47,590 nt of DNA from Candidatus Uhrbacteria bacterium CG_4_9_14_3_um_filter_41_35. Its GTDB lineage: Bacteria; Patescibacteriota; Patescibacteriia; UBA9934. Location: positions 1-47,590 of the forward strand of contig PFWT01000003.1 in the NCBI GenBank assembly GCA_002791275.1. Direction: 5' to 3'. Of the stretch, positions 19,701 to 26,800 are shown in pieces. Under the pieces are notes generated by a model. The model did no database searches. It saw nothing but the letters and a program-made list of their open reading frames with translations, and was not told where the DNA came from. A program made the position numbers and the translations under genes. Position 1 is the first letter of the stretch, and every line of letters begins with the position of its first letter.

Positions 19701-21621
19701 CAAGCAATCTACTTCTCCTTATGAACAAGTATCGATTTCAGTGGTGGCAACAAACCCAGGAAACCTAATGAACGGTCCAACGGAAGCTGACTTAACGGCC
19801 GTTGGAATTGATCCGTCGACCGCTTTACCAAATTGGGGAAACTATGTTTTACCACCAGGTTCTTATCCTGTGGCGCTAGCTGGTCGAGTTCCAACACGAG
19901 TTAATACAGAAAACGGTGCTATTGCAGTCGGTGATTTAATTACTACATCATCAACTGCTGGAGCAGGTATGAAATCAACAATGCCAGGCGCGGTTGTAGG
20001 TAGGGCTCTTCAGGCTTGGAACGGACCAGGTGAGGGTGTAATTGAAGTCTACATCCTTTCCGGTTGGCACTCAGGCGGAGCGATTGCAAACAACGGAACA
20101 ATGGGAACCTTAAATAATAATTTCGCTCTAACTGCGATTAGCCAAGCCACCGCCACAACCACAGGCCAAAATTCAAATGGTCTCTTTTTCCAGGGCTCTG
20201 GCTGGGACGGCACCACTGCCCAGGCGGTTGATATGGTGATTTCAAACGACGTAACTGATAGCGCAAACTACAAACTTTCTGTGAAAAATGATGTAGGAGC
20301 GGAAGTTGCCTATATTTCACAAAGTGGCGATATTGCACTTTCAGGCAAGTTGTATCCGTCAGACCGCGGAACTCTTCAGACCAGCAAGTACATATTCTAT
20401 GACGGCTCAGCTGGGCCGGGTGGCGACTTTATGCGCACCAATGCCTCTGGTTGGGCAACAGGTTCTTACGACTTTGCCGAAATGTTCCCATCAAATGACA
20501 GGGTAGTTCCGGGAGAGGTGGTGGTTTTTGCAAACGACAACCAAACTGTTCAACGATCAACTGGCGTAGCTTACGATCGAAAATTGGTGGGTATAATTTC
20601 TACTAGACCGGGGTTCTTAGCTGGTGAAAATTTAGATGGTCACGTACCGGTAGCTTTAGCAGGGCGGGTTCCAACCTTTGTTTCAAACGAAAATGGAACC
20701 ATTGCGCCAGGTGATCCACTTACAACTTCTTCGACTCCGGGCTACGCAATGAAAGCGACTGAGGCCGGACCAATTCTTGGTTACGCGATGGAGCCATTTA
20801 ATGGCACTATGGGTTCAATTATCACTTTTGTTCGAGCCTCATACTACGATGGTGGACCAGTGGTGGATGCGCCAGCAACGAATAATATCGCTTCAGGCTT
20901 AACCACTACGTCAAACCTCGATGTTTCTGGAACACTTAACCTAAACGCCGGAAATATCATCAATGTTTCCTCAATTGCAGGACTCGGTAACAGGTGGATT
21001 ATTAAAGACAACGGTGATCTTATTACTGAGGGTCGAATTACACACCTTGTAAAGTCTTACCAAAACACCGATGTTGAAACCTACGCTTCACTTTCTCGAG
21101 AAACAACTATTCAGCTTTCGGGAACTGCAACGCTCCATAATGGAACGGCAGTTATCAAGTTTGAGGATATCGATCCAGAATTTAATGATGTAATTTCAAA
21201 CCAAAATACATATCGGGTGTTCCTAACGGCTTCGGAGGCTACAAATTCACTTTACGCGCTCAATAGAACAATCGATGGATTCACGATTCAGGAATCAAAC
21301 GGAAATTCAAATGCCGTGATTGATTGGTTGGTGATTGCTTACCATAAAGATTACGCACCAACGGTAATTGTCCCTGACAACATTGCTCCGCAAACGGCAA
21401 CGAGCACACCAGCGGTTATCGCTTCGCCATCAGCTACAACTACGCCGGTAATCACGTCTACACCAGCTACCGTGTCGCCGACTCTTGAAACGGACACTGC
21501 AACCTCGACACCAGTAATTGCACCGGTGGTGAATAGCCAACCGACGCCAGATACACAAACAGCGACCTCAACAGTACCGGTGATTACATCTCCAACCGCA
21601 ACTAGCACACCGGCTATATAA
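13726..21621 (+). CDS. giant 2631 aa fibre/adhesin-like repeat protein with two peptidase G2 (intramolecular chaperone)-like domains
   Basis: Signal peptide (TARA-A); SYQGRIL...LSPRKQIASVPYALNADTLDG N-domain; T/G/S/N-rich repeats; two DxAE...PVALAGRVPT..ENG.I..GD.+TTSS..G..MK domains; TATST-rich tail. Confidence 0.8.
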   Translation: MNSIKLYREVRVENFPHVPGDMKKIRTRKTLISKITALFVIGFAFVSMFGFTLQNLQTARAASAPNIVSYQGRILNTNSVPVADASLEMKFEFYTAVSGGTCLWSNSSVDCDTNTPGSTVARSVTLTGGLFSELLGDTTAGTPYAGISDTLFADNAGVYLQVYIAGEALSPRKQIASVPYALNADTLDGADSTTFLTATGDTATGNHDYTGAIFMGASPLVFEGLTDDTNQTTFAFVDPTGTRTVTFKDESGTVAYLSDISGIGSKWTDGGAVTYLTSTTDGLAVGGTGFASASFGIDEANNTIYIGEGANSNGNIVFKASNAATGTLTYGTADSFDFTGGNITTDGNLALNGGNLTSTSTAFNFDIGNTGSLLFRDGTNTLMTLTDAGTTGSLGISGDLTVTGGDITLGTTSIFSGGDTASLNNIDAIDATTKTTIQTAITALANLTSATSLTSVGTLSGLTVTGFSDFTGATMVGASPLVFDGVTADVNKTTFAFTDPTGVRTVTFKDESGTVALLSDIALASSKWTDGGAVTYLTSTTDGLAVGGTGFASASFGIDEANNTIYIGEGANSNGNIVFKASNAATGTLTYGTADSFDFTGGNITTDGNLALNGGNLTSTSTAFNFDIGNTGSLLFRDGTNTLMTLTDAGTTGNLTITGDLGAVGGSFSGNVGAVDATLSGNLAVNGGTISSTATAFNIDVGNTGSMVFRDGTNTLMTLTDAGTTGDLTTSGDVIVSGGDITLGTTSIFSGGDTASLNNVDALDATTVTTVQNAITSLPNLTSATSLASVGTLTTGATGAGFTVDLDASTLTCTDCLDFTSLADSMTLDASLAIAQGTNTWTNTYTGTIGNGFTYNANLTTTGTAQTTNVNGLTTGTGMQLSSLSSARTSGDLMKVYLSSPYSAGATVSGNILDAGQLIYNNSTGAVDVTGETALIARTTTTQNAAATTSVTGAVASISNSASQLLGILTDTSNVLKVSQNYASATGAVLQIDNAGSGYAISANSAGFTVASNSNIATNGDLTVAGGDITLGTTSIFSGGDTASLNNIDALDATTVNTVQNAITSLPNLTSATSLASVGTLTTGATGAGFTVNLDASTLTCTDCLDFANLADSMTLDAAQSIVQGNYSWTDYYLNTTGVGRYYNANFLQNYSAAVYTANGIIAGGVLKLQSSSAVRTSGKLFVIDNTATYTTPATVSGSLNDLNQTLTNETGGLMTISGNTVNISRSSVSNIASANTVVTGAVMALSNNATETIGLVNDSGSILTLTQNYANSTGAVLKIDYAGTGNAIQLNSPTSGDLAINGGNITSTSGMQFSSSSYIWKDLGANTLMNLTDAGTTGNLGVTGDISGVGGTFSGNVAVNGGTLSSTATTFNIDVGNTGSMVFRDGTNTLMTLADTGTTGNLTTTGDVIVSGGDITLGATSIFSGGDIASLNNIDALNATTTTTIQNAITSLPNLTSATSLASVGTLTTGATGAGFTVNLDASTLTCTDCLDFANFADSMTLDASTTINAGTSNLWLLSSAGTNELLSLTNFRTDSALGIVQGASLTATTPTSTDGGVLHVVNTLNNNIGLSVYSDHAGSATAPLSYLFADNAAFDQNVVQVTNDGVKSGIMIDQNGNTGIVLSESVGGALHVSNSGNLGSGITAYSNISGPNAPLVHFATGSTYANQATMYVSSAGASSPALGLESGNTTNLGALTVYNSSNTGVGLLVDSSLGATASYPLSNIISSNVAFDQSLLRINNGSLNSSSAGLEIAMDATDATNHIYSDALKIGYNPTINTASGLLATGNAVDVSRTLANNGAGSLNISGALMTLSDSASTLGGLMMHTAPMIQATQNVTYSTGDLISLTNNGVGSGIDIVNTNNVSGAGIVEISALGLTSGYGFNIKVDASLLSTGAAYRVKAATLLTTQKAFSAVANTTETIYIETDGDIHIPAGSICIDNDASCTSSTDGTIYYRSAVTTGGDLAEVYESTEVLQAGDIIVIDSANPLKIKQSTSPYEQVSISVVATNPGNLMNGPTEADLTAVGIDPSTALPNWGNYVLPPGSYPVALAGRVPTRVNTENGAIAVGDLITTSSTAGAGMKSTMPGAVVGRALQAWNGPGEGVIEVYILSGWHSGGAIANNGTMGTLNNNFALTAISQATATTTGQNSNGLFFQGSGWDGTTAQAVDMVISNDVTDSANYKLSVKNDVGAEVAYISQSGDIALSGKLYPSDRGTLQTSKYIFYDGSAGPGGDFMRTNASGWATGSYDFAEMFPSNDRVVPGEVVVFANDNQTVQRSTGVAYDRKLVGIISTRPGFLAGENLDGHVPVALAGRVPTFVSNENGTIAPGDPLTTSSTPGYAMKATEAGPILGYAMEPFNGTMGSIITFVRASYYDGGPVVDAPATNNIASGLTTTSNLDVSGTLNLNAGNIINVSSIAGLGNRWIIKDNGDLITEGRITHLVKSYQNTDVETYASLSRETTIQLSGTATLHNGTAVIKFEDIDPEFNDVISNQNTYRVFLTASEATNSLYALNRTIDGFTIQESNGNSNAVIDWLVIAYHKDYAPTVIVPDNIAPQTATSTPAVIASPSATTTPVITSTPATVSPTLETDTATSTPVIAPVVNSQPTPDTQTATSTVPVITSPTATSTPAI
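14518..15680 (+). repeat. near-identical intragenic duplication of about 380 bp (14518-14897 and 15301-15680)
   Basis: SKWTDGGAVTYLTST...TLTDAGTTG encoded twice, offset 783 bp; the differences I saw are synonymous. Confidence 0.9.
14935..18240 (+). repeat. four copies of the GGDITLG.TSIFSGGD.ASLNN module (starts 14935, 15937, 16801, 17962)
   Basis: Protein and nucleotide similarity; copies 2-4 extend through LDASTLTCTDCLDF...DSMTLDA. Confidence 0.9.
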
Positions 21622-21641
21622 AAAATATTCAGATTTATGGT

Positions 21642-21675
21642 AAAATAAAAACGTTCAAATGAGCGTTTTTATTTT
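21642..21675 (+). terminator. hairpin between the giant gene and the ligase gene
   Basis: AAAATAAAAACGTTC-AAAT-GAGCGTTTTTATTTT; overlaps a TGGTAAAAT extended -10. Confidence 0.55.
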
Positions 21676-21684
21676 CTACATACT

Positions 21685-24096
21685 ATGAAAGATATTTTGA
21701 AATCAGGGACTTTAATTAAGGTCTACGCCAGCATTGCTCGGCTAGCCCTTTACGTTGCGGTGCTGTTTATTCCGCTCGCCTATTTTCCTTGGACGGTAGA
21801 TGCGCTTGAGGTTAATAAACAAACAATTTTACTCATTGTGATTTCAGTCGGGACAATCGCTTGGTTAGGAACAATGGTTGCTAGGCGCCAATTTGCTTTT
21901 AAGAAAACATGGTTGTTTATAGTTCCAGTGTTGCTTGTGATTTCGGTAGCAATTTCCTCCTTTACTTCACCTTCAGTTCTAACAAGCTGGGTTGGTCAAG
22001 GATTACAAGAGTACACCAGCTTTCTCTCATTCTTAGCCTTTTCGCTCTTGTTTATTGTGGCTAGCCACTTACTCAGTGAAACAAAAACTCAGCAAACTGT
22101 GTGGTTTTTATTTCTGCTAGCGTCTTCCTTGATTGGCCTTAATGTTAGTTTTGCAATTTTCGGCCTGCAGATTTTGCCAACTAACTTTATCGGCACACCA
22201 AATTCGTTAGGCTTTTTTATGACCTCAGTGGCTGTACTGGCTTCCGGACTTTGGTTAGTTGATGGTAATAAAGTCGACCAACAGATTTTACCTGCGGGCA
22301 TTATGGGGATAGTCTCAAAGGTTTTGATATTTATTACAGTTGTCGCGGATATTTTAATTTTACTGTCAATTGACTACTGGATGTTGTGGCTCTCTGCAAT
22401 TCTTGGAATGGGCATAATTTTTGGTTTTGCAATTCTAAGAGCAGATGAATTTCCAAACACTTCGAAATTCGTGTTGCCAATGCTTTTATTTGTGGTCTCA
22501 CTGCTTTTCTTATTCTTACCAAGTCCACTCGGAGGTCGATTTTCACCAGAAGTTTCGCCGTCTTATGGAGCTACACTAAATATCGCGAAAGCGACTTTGG
22601 CTGAGCACTCTGTACTCTTTGGCTCAGGACCTGGAACATTTTCTTTCAACTACGCTAAGTATGTTGTACAGGACGTGAATAATACCCAACTCTGGGACGT
22701 CCGTTTTGATCGTGGGGGAAGCTACTTGCTAACACTCCTTTCAACAATCGGTGTTGTGGGAACGCTACTCATGTTCTCATTCATTATGTGGCTTCTTGTT
22801 CTGGGGCTCAAGATGCTGATAACCGAACGAGCACACGCGGAGTGGAAAACAACTTTTGTTGCCTTTTCTGCGTGGTTAGTGTTAGCTTTTGGACTTTTCG
22901 CTTATTCTGCAAACTTTACCTTACTGTTTGTATTTTGGTTATTGTCGGCAGTGCTGGTAAGTCAGAGTAAATCGCAGGTATACGCTTCGGATTTCAAAAC
23001 CTCACCAAGATTTGGTTTGTTAACGGCATTCCTGTTTGTTTTGGTGAACGTAGGTTTACTTACAGTAATTTTTGTAAGCTCGTCAAGATATATCTCTGAA
23101 ATTGCTTTTGCTCACGCAGTTGAAAAAGACAAAGCAGGGGCGACTTTGGATGACGTAATTATTGATCTGGATCGAGCGGCTCGGCTAAATAAACTGTCAG
23201 ACGCAAACTATCGTAATTTAGCAAACGCTCTGTTACTTAAAGCAGGTGAACTCATCAAAAACCCAGACACTACACCAGAACAATTACAGAGCTTTATTGG
23301 TGCAAGTAAATCGGCAGCTGAACGAGCTAAAGACCTTTCACCACAAAATGTGACCAACTGGGCAATGCTTGGCGATATTTACCGCGAAGTTTCACCGGTT
23401 GTGGAGGGTGCTGATCAGTACGCAGTCGGGGCATATTTACAGGCAGTTGAACTATCTCCGACTAATCCAAAATATCGAACAGTTCTTGGGCGAGCATACT
23501 TAGTAAGAGCAGATCAGTTAGGTATTTTGGCGGAAGGTGATGATGAGGAAATTGCAAAGACAGCTTCTGAAAATCAGACTGAGGCGATTCGTTTGGCGGT
23601 CGAGAGTTTGCTAAAAGCAGTAGAGCTTAAGCCAAATTATGCACCCGCTGTTTACAACTTAGCGTTGGCTTACGAGCGACAAGGTAATTTAGCGGAAGCA
23701 GTTACAAAAATGGAAGCGTTGCGAGCTGGCAATCCGTCTGACATCGGAATCTCACTTCAGCTTGGTCTATTGTATTTAAAACAAGGAAAAACTGAACTTG
23801 CACAAACCGAGCTAGAAAGGTCAATCGAAATCGCGCCAAACTATTCAAACGCTCGCTGGTTCCTTTCTGCAGTTTACGAACAGCAGGGTAATTACACTGG
23901 TGCAATCGAACAGGTTGAAAAAGTTCTAGAATTGAATCCAGATAACTCCGCGGTTCAGCAACGACTAGATCGATTAAAGACTGGAGATGTAAACCCAAAG
24001 TTACCAGAGCCACTTGAAGAAACTTCAAATACTGCTTCGGACAGTATTGTAACAACTGGAGATAGTACAGTCTCTGAGCTACCAGTCACACCATAA
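21685..24096 (+). CDS. O-antigen ligase/oligosaccharyltransferase-like (Wzy_C) polytopic membrane protein with C-terminal TPR repeats
   Basis: Many TM helices, FIGTPNSLG, LFGSGPGTFSFNY loop, LLSTIGVVG; TPR units such as AVELKPNYAPAVYNLALAY and VLELNPDN. Confidence 0.75.
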   Translation: MKDILKSGTLIKVYASIARLALYVAVLFIPLAYFPWTVDALEVNKQTILLIVISVGTIAWLGTMVARRQFAFKKTWLFIVPVLLVISVAISSFTSPSVLTSWVGQGLQEYTSFLSFLAFSLLFIVASHLLSETKTQQTVWFLFLLASSLIGLNVSFAIFGLQILPTNFIGTPNSLGFFMTSVAVLASGLWLVDGNKVDQQILPAGIMGIVSKVLIFITVVADILILLSIDYWMLWLSAILGMGIIFGFAILRADEFPNTSKFVLPMLLFVVSLLFLFLPSPLGGRFSPEVSPSYGATLNIAKATLAEHSVLFGSGPGTFSFNYAKYVVQDVNNTQLWDVRFDRGGSYLLTLLSTIGVVGTLLMFSFIMWLLVLGLKMLITERAHAEWKTTFVAFSAWLVLAFGLFAYSANFTLLFVFWLLSAVLVSQSKSQVYASDFKTSPRFGLLTAFLFVLVNVGLLTVIFVSSSRYISEIAFAHAVEKDKAGATLDDVIIDLDRAARLNKLSDANYRNLANALLLKAGELIKNPDTTPEQLQSFIGASKSAAERAKDLSPQNVTNWAMLGDIYREVSPVVEGADQYAVGAYLQAVELSPTNPKYRTVLGRAYLVRADQLGILAEGDDEEIAKTASENQTEAIRLAVESLLKAVELKPNYAPAVYNLALAYERQGNLAEAVTKMEALRAGNPSDIGISLQLGLLYLKQGKTELAQTELERSIEIAPNYSNARWFLSAVYEQQGNYTGAIEQVEKVLELNPDNSAVQQRLDRLKTGDVNPKLPEPLEETSNTASDSIVTTGDSTVSELPVTP

Positions 24097-24105
24097 AAAA
24101 GTTCG

Positions 24106-24140
24106 TATAAAATGAGGTGATTTCACCTCATTTTATATTT
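24106..24140 (+). terminator. intrinsic terminator
   Basis: 15 bp arms TATAAAATGAGGTGA / TCACCTCATTTTATA. Confidence 0.75.
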
Positions 24141-24433
24141 CTGAAAATTTACCTATGGAGATTTATTAAATACTAATTAAATAACGTCGTCTGATAGTGT
24201 TTTTTATGACAACTTTGACCAAGTTGCATGACATACACTAAGCCGTCATTCAGAGCCTGCTGTGAGTCATGGCGAAGAATCTAAATGTTGCAGTACACCG
24301 TAAATATAGGTCCAGGTTGTTAGAGAGGGTGTAGTTTTGGATAATGTCTTATTCTACCGAAAAGGGTGTGTATAAAAAAAAGACCCCAGCTGGGTCTAAG
24401 GTTGCAAAACAGAGTGTCTGCTTGCTTGCTAGT

Positions 24434-25483
24434 TTACCACTTGAAGTCGATCGAGGCTCCGTGTGGCGTTACGCTGAGGGCAGTGCCAGAGCCTGCGAGA
24501 ACCACGCTGGCAGTAAATAGCCCATAGGTGGTGCTTCGTAGGTGGCTATACCGCGAGCGAGCGTCGTTGTAGGCAGGCTCGTTCGGGTAGATGGTTTCAG
24601 GAGCGGTTGAAAGCACATTGTGCTTCATCCTGCTTGCAAGACCATAGGTGATGGCACCTGACACTGCGAGCGCCCCGCTTGTGGCAAGGAGTGTGGACCC
24701 GGCAAATCGGAGCTTCCTCGACGATGGCTTTTTGTTCTTGTGTGCGAGTTCTACCGAGGCGTCTGGAATGCTCGTTCCGTATAAGAATGCCAGCTCCCTA
24801 TTTACACAGATGTTGAATTGGCCAAAAGCCACTGGGCCGTCCTGCGATACAAGCCCTAAGCACTCGCTCATCGACTTTGCCATGGTGGGCTTGTCTGGAC
24901 CCGGATCGCTTTCGAAGCAGCTCAAGTTCGGGTACTCGCTAAAGTCCGAACAGCCAATTTCCCGCAAGGGGAAGTCTCGATAGACCAGTGGGTTCTGACT
25001 TTTCACCGAACCGTCGAGGTAGACGAACAGCTTCGTTTCTGCCGGCACTCTGTTTGCAATAAAATCACGCAGAATGCTGATATCGATGAGTGAGGAGGTT
25101 GGAGCGAGCAGCTCAGGGTCGAACATATCCGAAGCCATAAGACCCGGCGCACCCGAGTCCACAGCGCCGTGGGCACGGAGGACCAGAACAAGATTCTCAC
25201 CAGTTTGAACTTGTGTCAGACTTTCGGTGAAGGCCTTGATGATGTTCGGCCCGGTCGCTTCGGCGCCACACAAACTTACCACGTTGCCGAGCATCGCCTC
25301 AGAAGTGCCTAGTGTAGTTGCGAGCTCTTGGCACTCCGTTTGCGCGTTTTGCAAATGGGGGAGCTCGGGCGCAAAAGGGTATTCTTCAATTCCCACAATG
25401 AGGACATGGCTACGCGGGGCGTCTCCAGCTTTTGCGGTAAACGCCAGCAAGAAACCGATTACCAAAGTCAAAAACTGCTTCAC
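24434..25483 (-). CDS. secreted caspase-fold (peptidase C14-like) protein with the catalytic Cys replaced
   Basis: HVLIVGIEEY, L.NA..., ATGPNII, GENLVLVLRAHG and FVYLDGS follow the metacaspase motif order; signal peptide; C-terminal hydrophobic helices. Start GTG 25483 lies 5 nt after GGAGG. Confidence 0.65.
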   Translation of the reverse strand: MKQFLTLVIGFLLAFTAKAGDAPRSHVLIVGIEEYPFAPELPHLQNAQTECQELATTLGTSEAMLGNVVSLCGAEATGPNIIKAFTESLTQVQTGENLVLVLRAHGAVDSGAPGLMASDMFDPELLAPTSSLIDISILRDFIANRVPAETKLFVYLDGSVKSQNPLVYRDFPLREIGCSDFSEYPNLSCFESDPGPDKPTMAKSMSECLGLVSQDGPVAFGQFNICVNRELAFLYGTSIPDASVELAHKNKKPSSRKLRFAGSTLLATSGALAVSGAITYGLASRMKHNVLSTAPETIYPNEPAYNDARSRYSHLRSTTYGLFTASVVLAGSGTALSVTPHGASIDFKW

Positions 25484-25528
25484 AGGAGCCTCCAGATTTA
25501 TTGTTAATCCCAACTTGAGGGACTCATA

Positions 25529-25590
25529 AACCTAACTAATTTTAGCATAAGTGTCAATATCTTGACCGAATATGTTTTTTTACCTATTAT
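25529..25590. promoter_or_regulatory. back-to-back promoters (caspase-like gene / ychF)
   Basis: Minus strand: TTGACA(25557-25552)-17-TAGGTT. Plus strand: TTGACC(25562-25567)-17-TATTAT. Confidence 0.55.
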
Positions 25591-25630
25591 CAAGACTTAA
25601 TCAGCCTTTTTAGGCGAAGATGTATATATT

Positions 25631-26707
25631 ATGCTCCAAGTTGGAATTGTCGGTCTACCAAACGTAGGAAAATCAACATTGTTTACCGCGCTCACTAAAA
25701 AACAAGTGGACTGCGCCAACTTTCCGTTTTGTACAATCGAACCAAACGTGGGGACTGTGAAGGTGCCAGACGCGCGGATTGATAACTTATCATCAATTTC
25801 GGGCTCACTTAAAGTAATTCCAACCGCGATCGAGTTCGTTGACATCGCCGGGCTTGTGAAGGGCGCTCACAAAGGTGAGGGACTCGGAAATAAATTTTTA
25901 GCAACCATCCGCGAGGTCGACATGATCGCGCACGTGGTTCGTAACTTTACAGAAGGTGAGGTAACGCACGTTGATGGATCAGTCGATGCGATACGAGATG
26001 TGGAGGTGATTGAACTAGAACTAATCATGGCGGATCTCGCGTCTGTTGAAAAACGTTTAAACAGCATTGAACGAAAGGCAGAGGCAACAAAAGATAAGGC
26101 GCTAGTAGCAGAGGTTGCAGTGCTTAAGAAGTGGCAAATGGTTTTAACCCAGGGAAAACTGGCGTCGGTGGTCGAACTTACACCGGAGGAACGGGTTACC
26201 GTAAACACCATGAGATTGCTTACAGACAAGAAGGTTTTGTATATCGTGAACGTGGACGAAAAAGACGCAAAGGATCCAAACTGGTCATCACCACTTGGCC
26301 CAGACCGAATTGCAATTCCAATCTCAGTTAAAATCGAAGCCGAAATTGCCTCACTCGAGGAAGAAGATGCGTTAATGTTCATGGAAGAACTTGGGCTAGC
26401 TGATTCTGGACTAAACGTAGTCATAAAAACAGCTTACACAATGCTCGACCTTATTACTTACTTCACAAGCGGTGTACAGGAAACGCGAGCTTGGACCGTT
26501 CGAAAAGGCTCAACCGCGCCACAAGCGGCGGGAGTAATTCACACGGATTTCGAAAAAGGTTTTATCCGAGCTGAAACTATTTCCTACAACGACTATGTTG
26601 AATTTAACGGGGAAGCTGGAGCCCGGGATAATGGAAAATTCAGGGTCGAGGGTAAAACATATGTGGTAGAAGACGGAGATGTAATGCACTTCAGATTTGC
26701 AACATAA
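25631..26707 (+). CDS. ychF: ribosome-binding ATPase YchF
   Basis: [53 protein letters not shown]. Confidence 0.97.
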   Translation: MLQVGIVGLPNVGKSTLFTALTKKQVDCANFPFCTIEPNVGTVKVPDARIDNLSSISGSLKVIPTAIEFVDIAGLVKGAHKGEGLGNKFLATIREVDMIAHVVRNFTEGEVTHVDGSVDAIRDVEVIELELIMADLASVEKRLNSIERKAEATKDKALVAEVAVLKKWQMVLTQGKLASVVELTPEERVTVNTMRLLTDKKVLYIVNVDEKDAKDPNWSSPLGPDRIAIPISVKIEAEIASLEEEDALMFMEELGLADSGLNVVIKTAYTMLDLITYFTSGVQETRAWTVRKGSTAPQAAGVIHTDFEKGFIRAETISYNDYVEFNGEAGARDNGKFRVEGKTYVVEDGDVMHFRFAT

Positions 26708-26735
26708 AAAATACTAGCTTCGGCTAGTATTTTTT
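26706..26735. terminator. bidirectional terminator with UUCG loop
   Basis: AAAAAATACTAGC-TTCG-GCTAGTATTTTTT. Confidence 0.85.
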
Positions 26736-26800
26736 ATGTTTAGATTATGTTGTTGCCAAAAATCTTAATCTTAAGACCTGAAGTCTAACTCTTAAAACAC

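Noticed and set aside
13726-21621. Prophage tail fibre
   Set aside because: It has a Sec-type signal peptide, sits in a membrane-protein operon, and no capsid, terminase or portal genes are present
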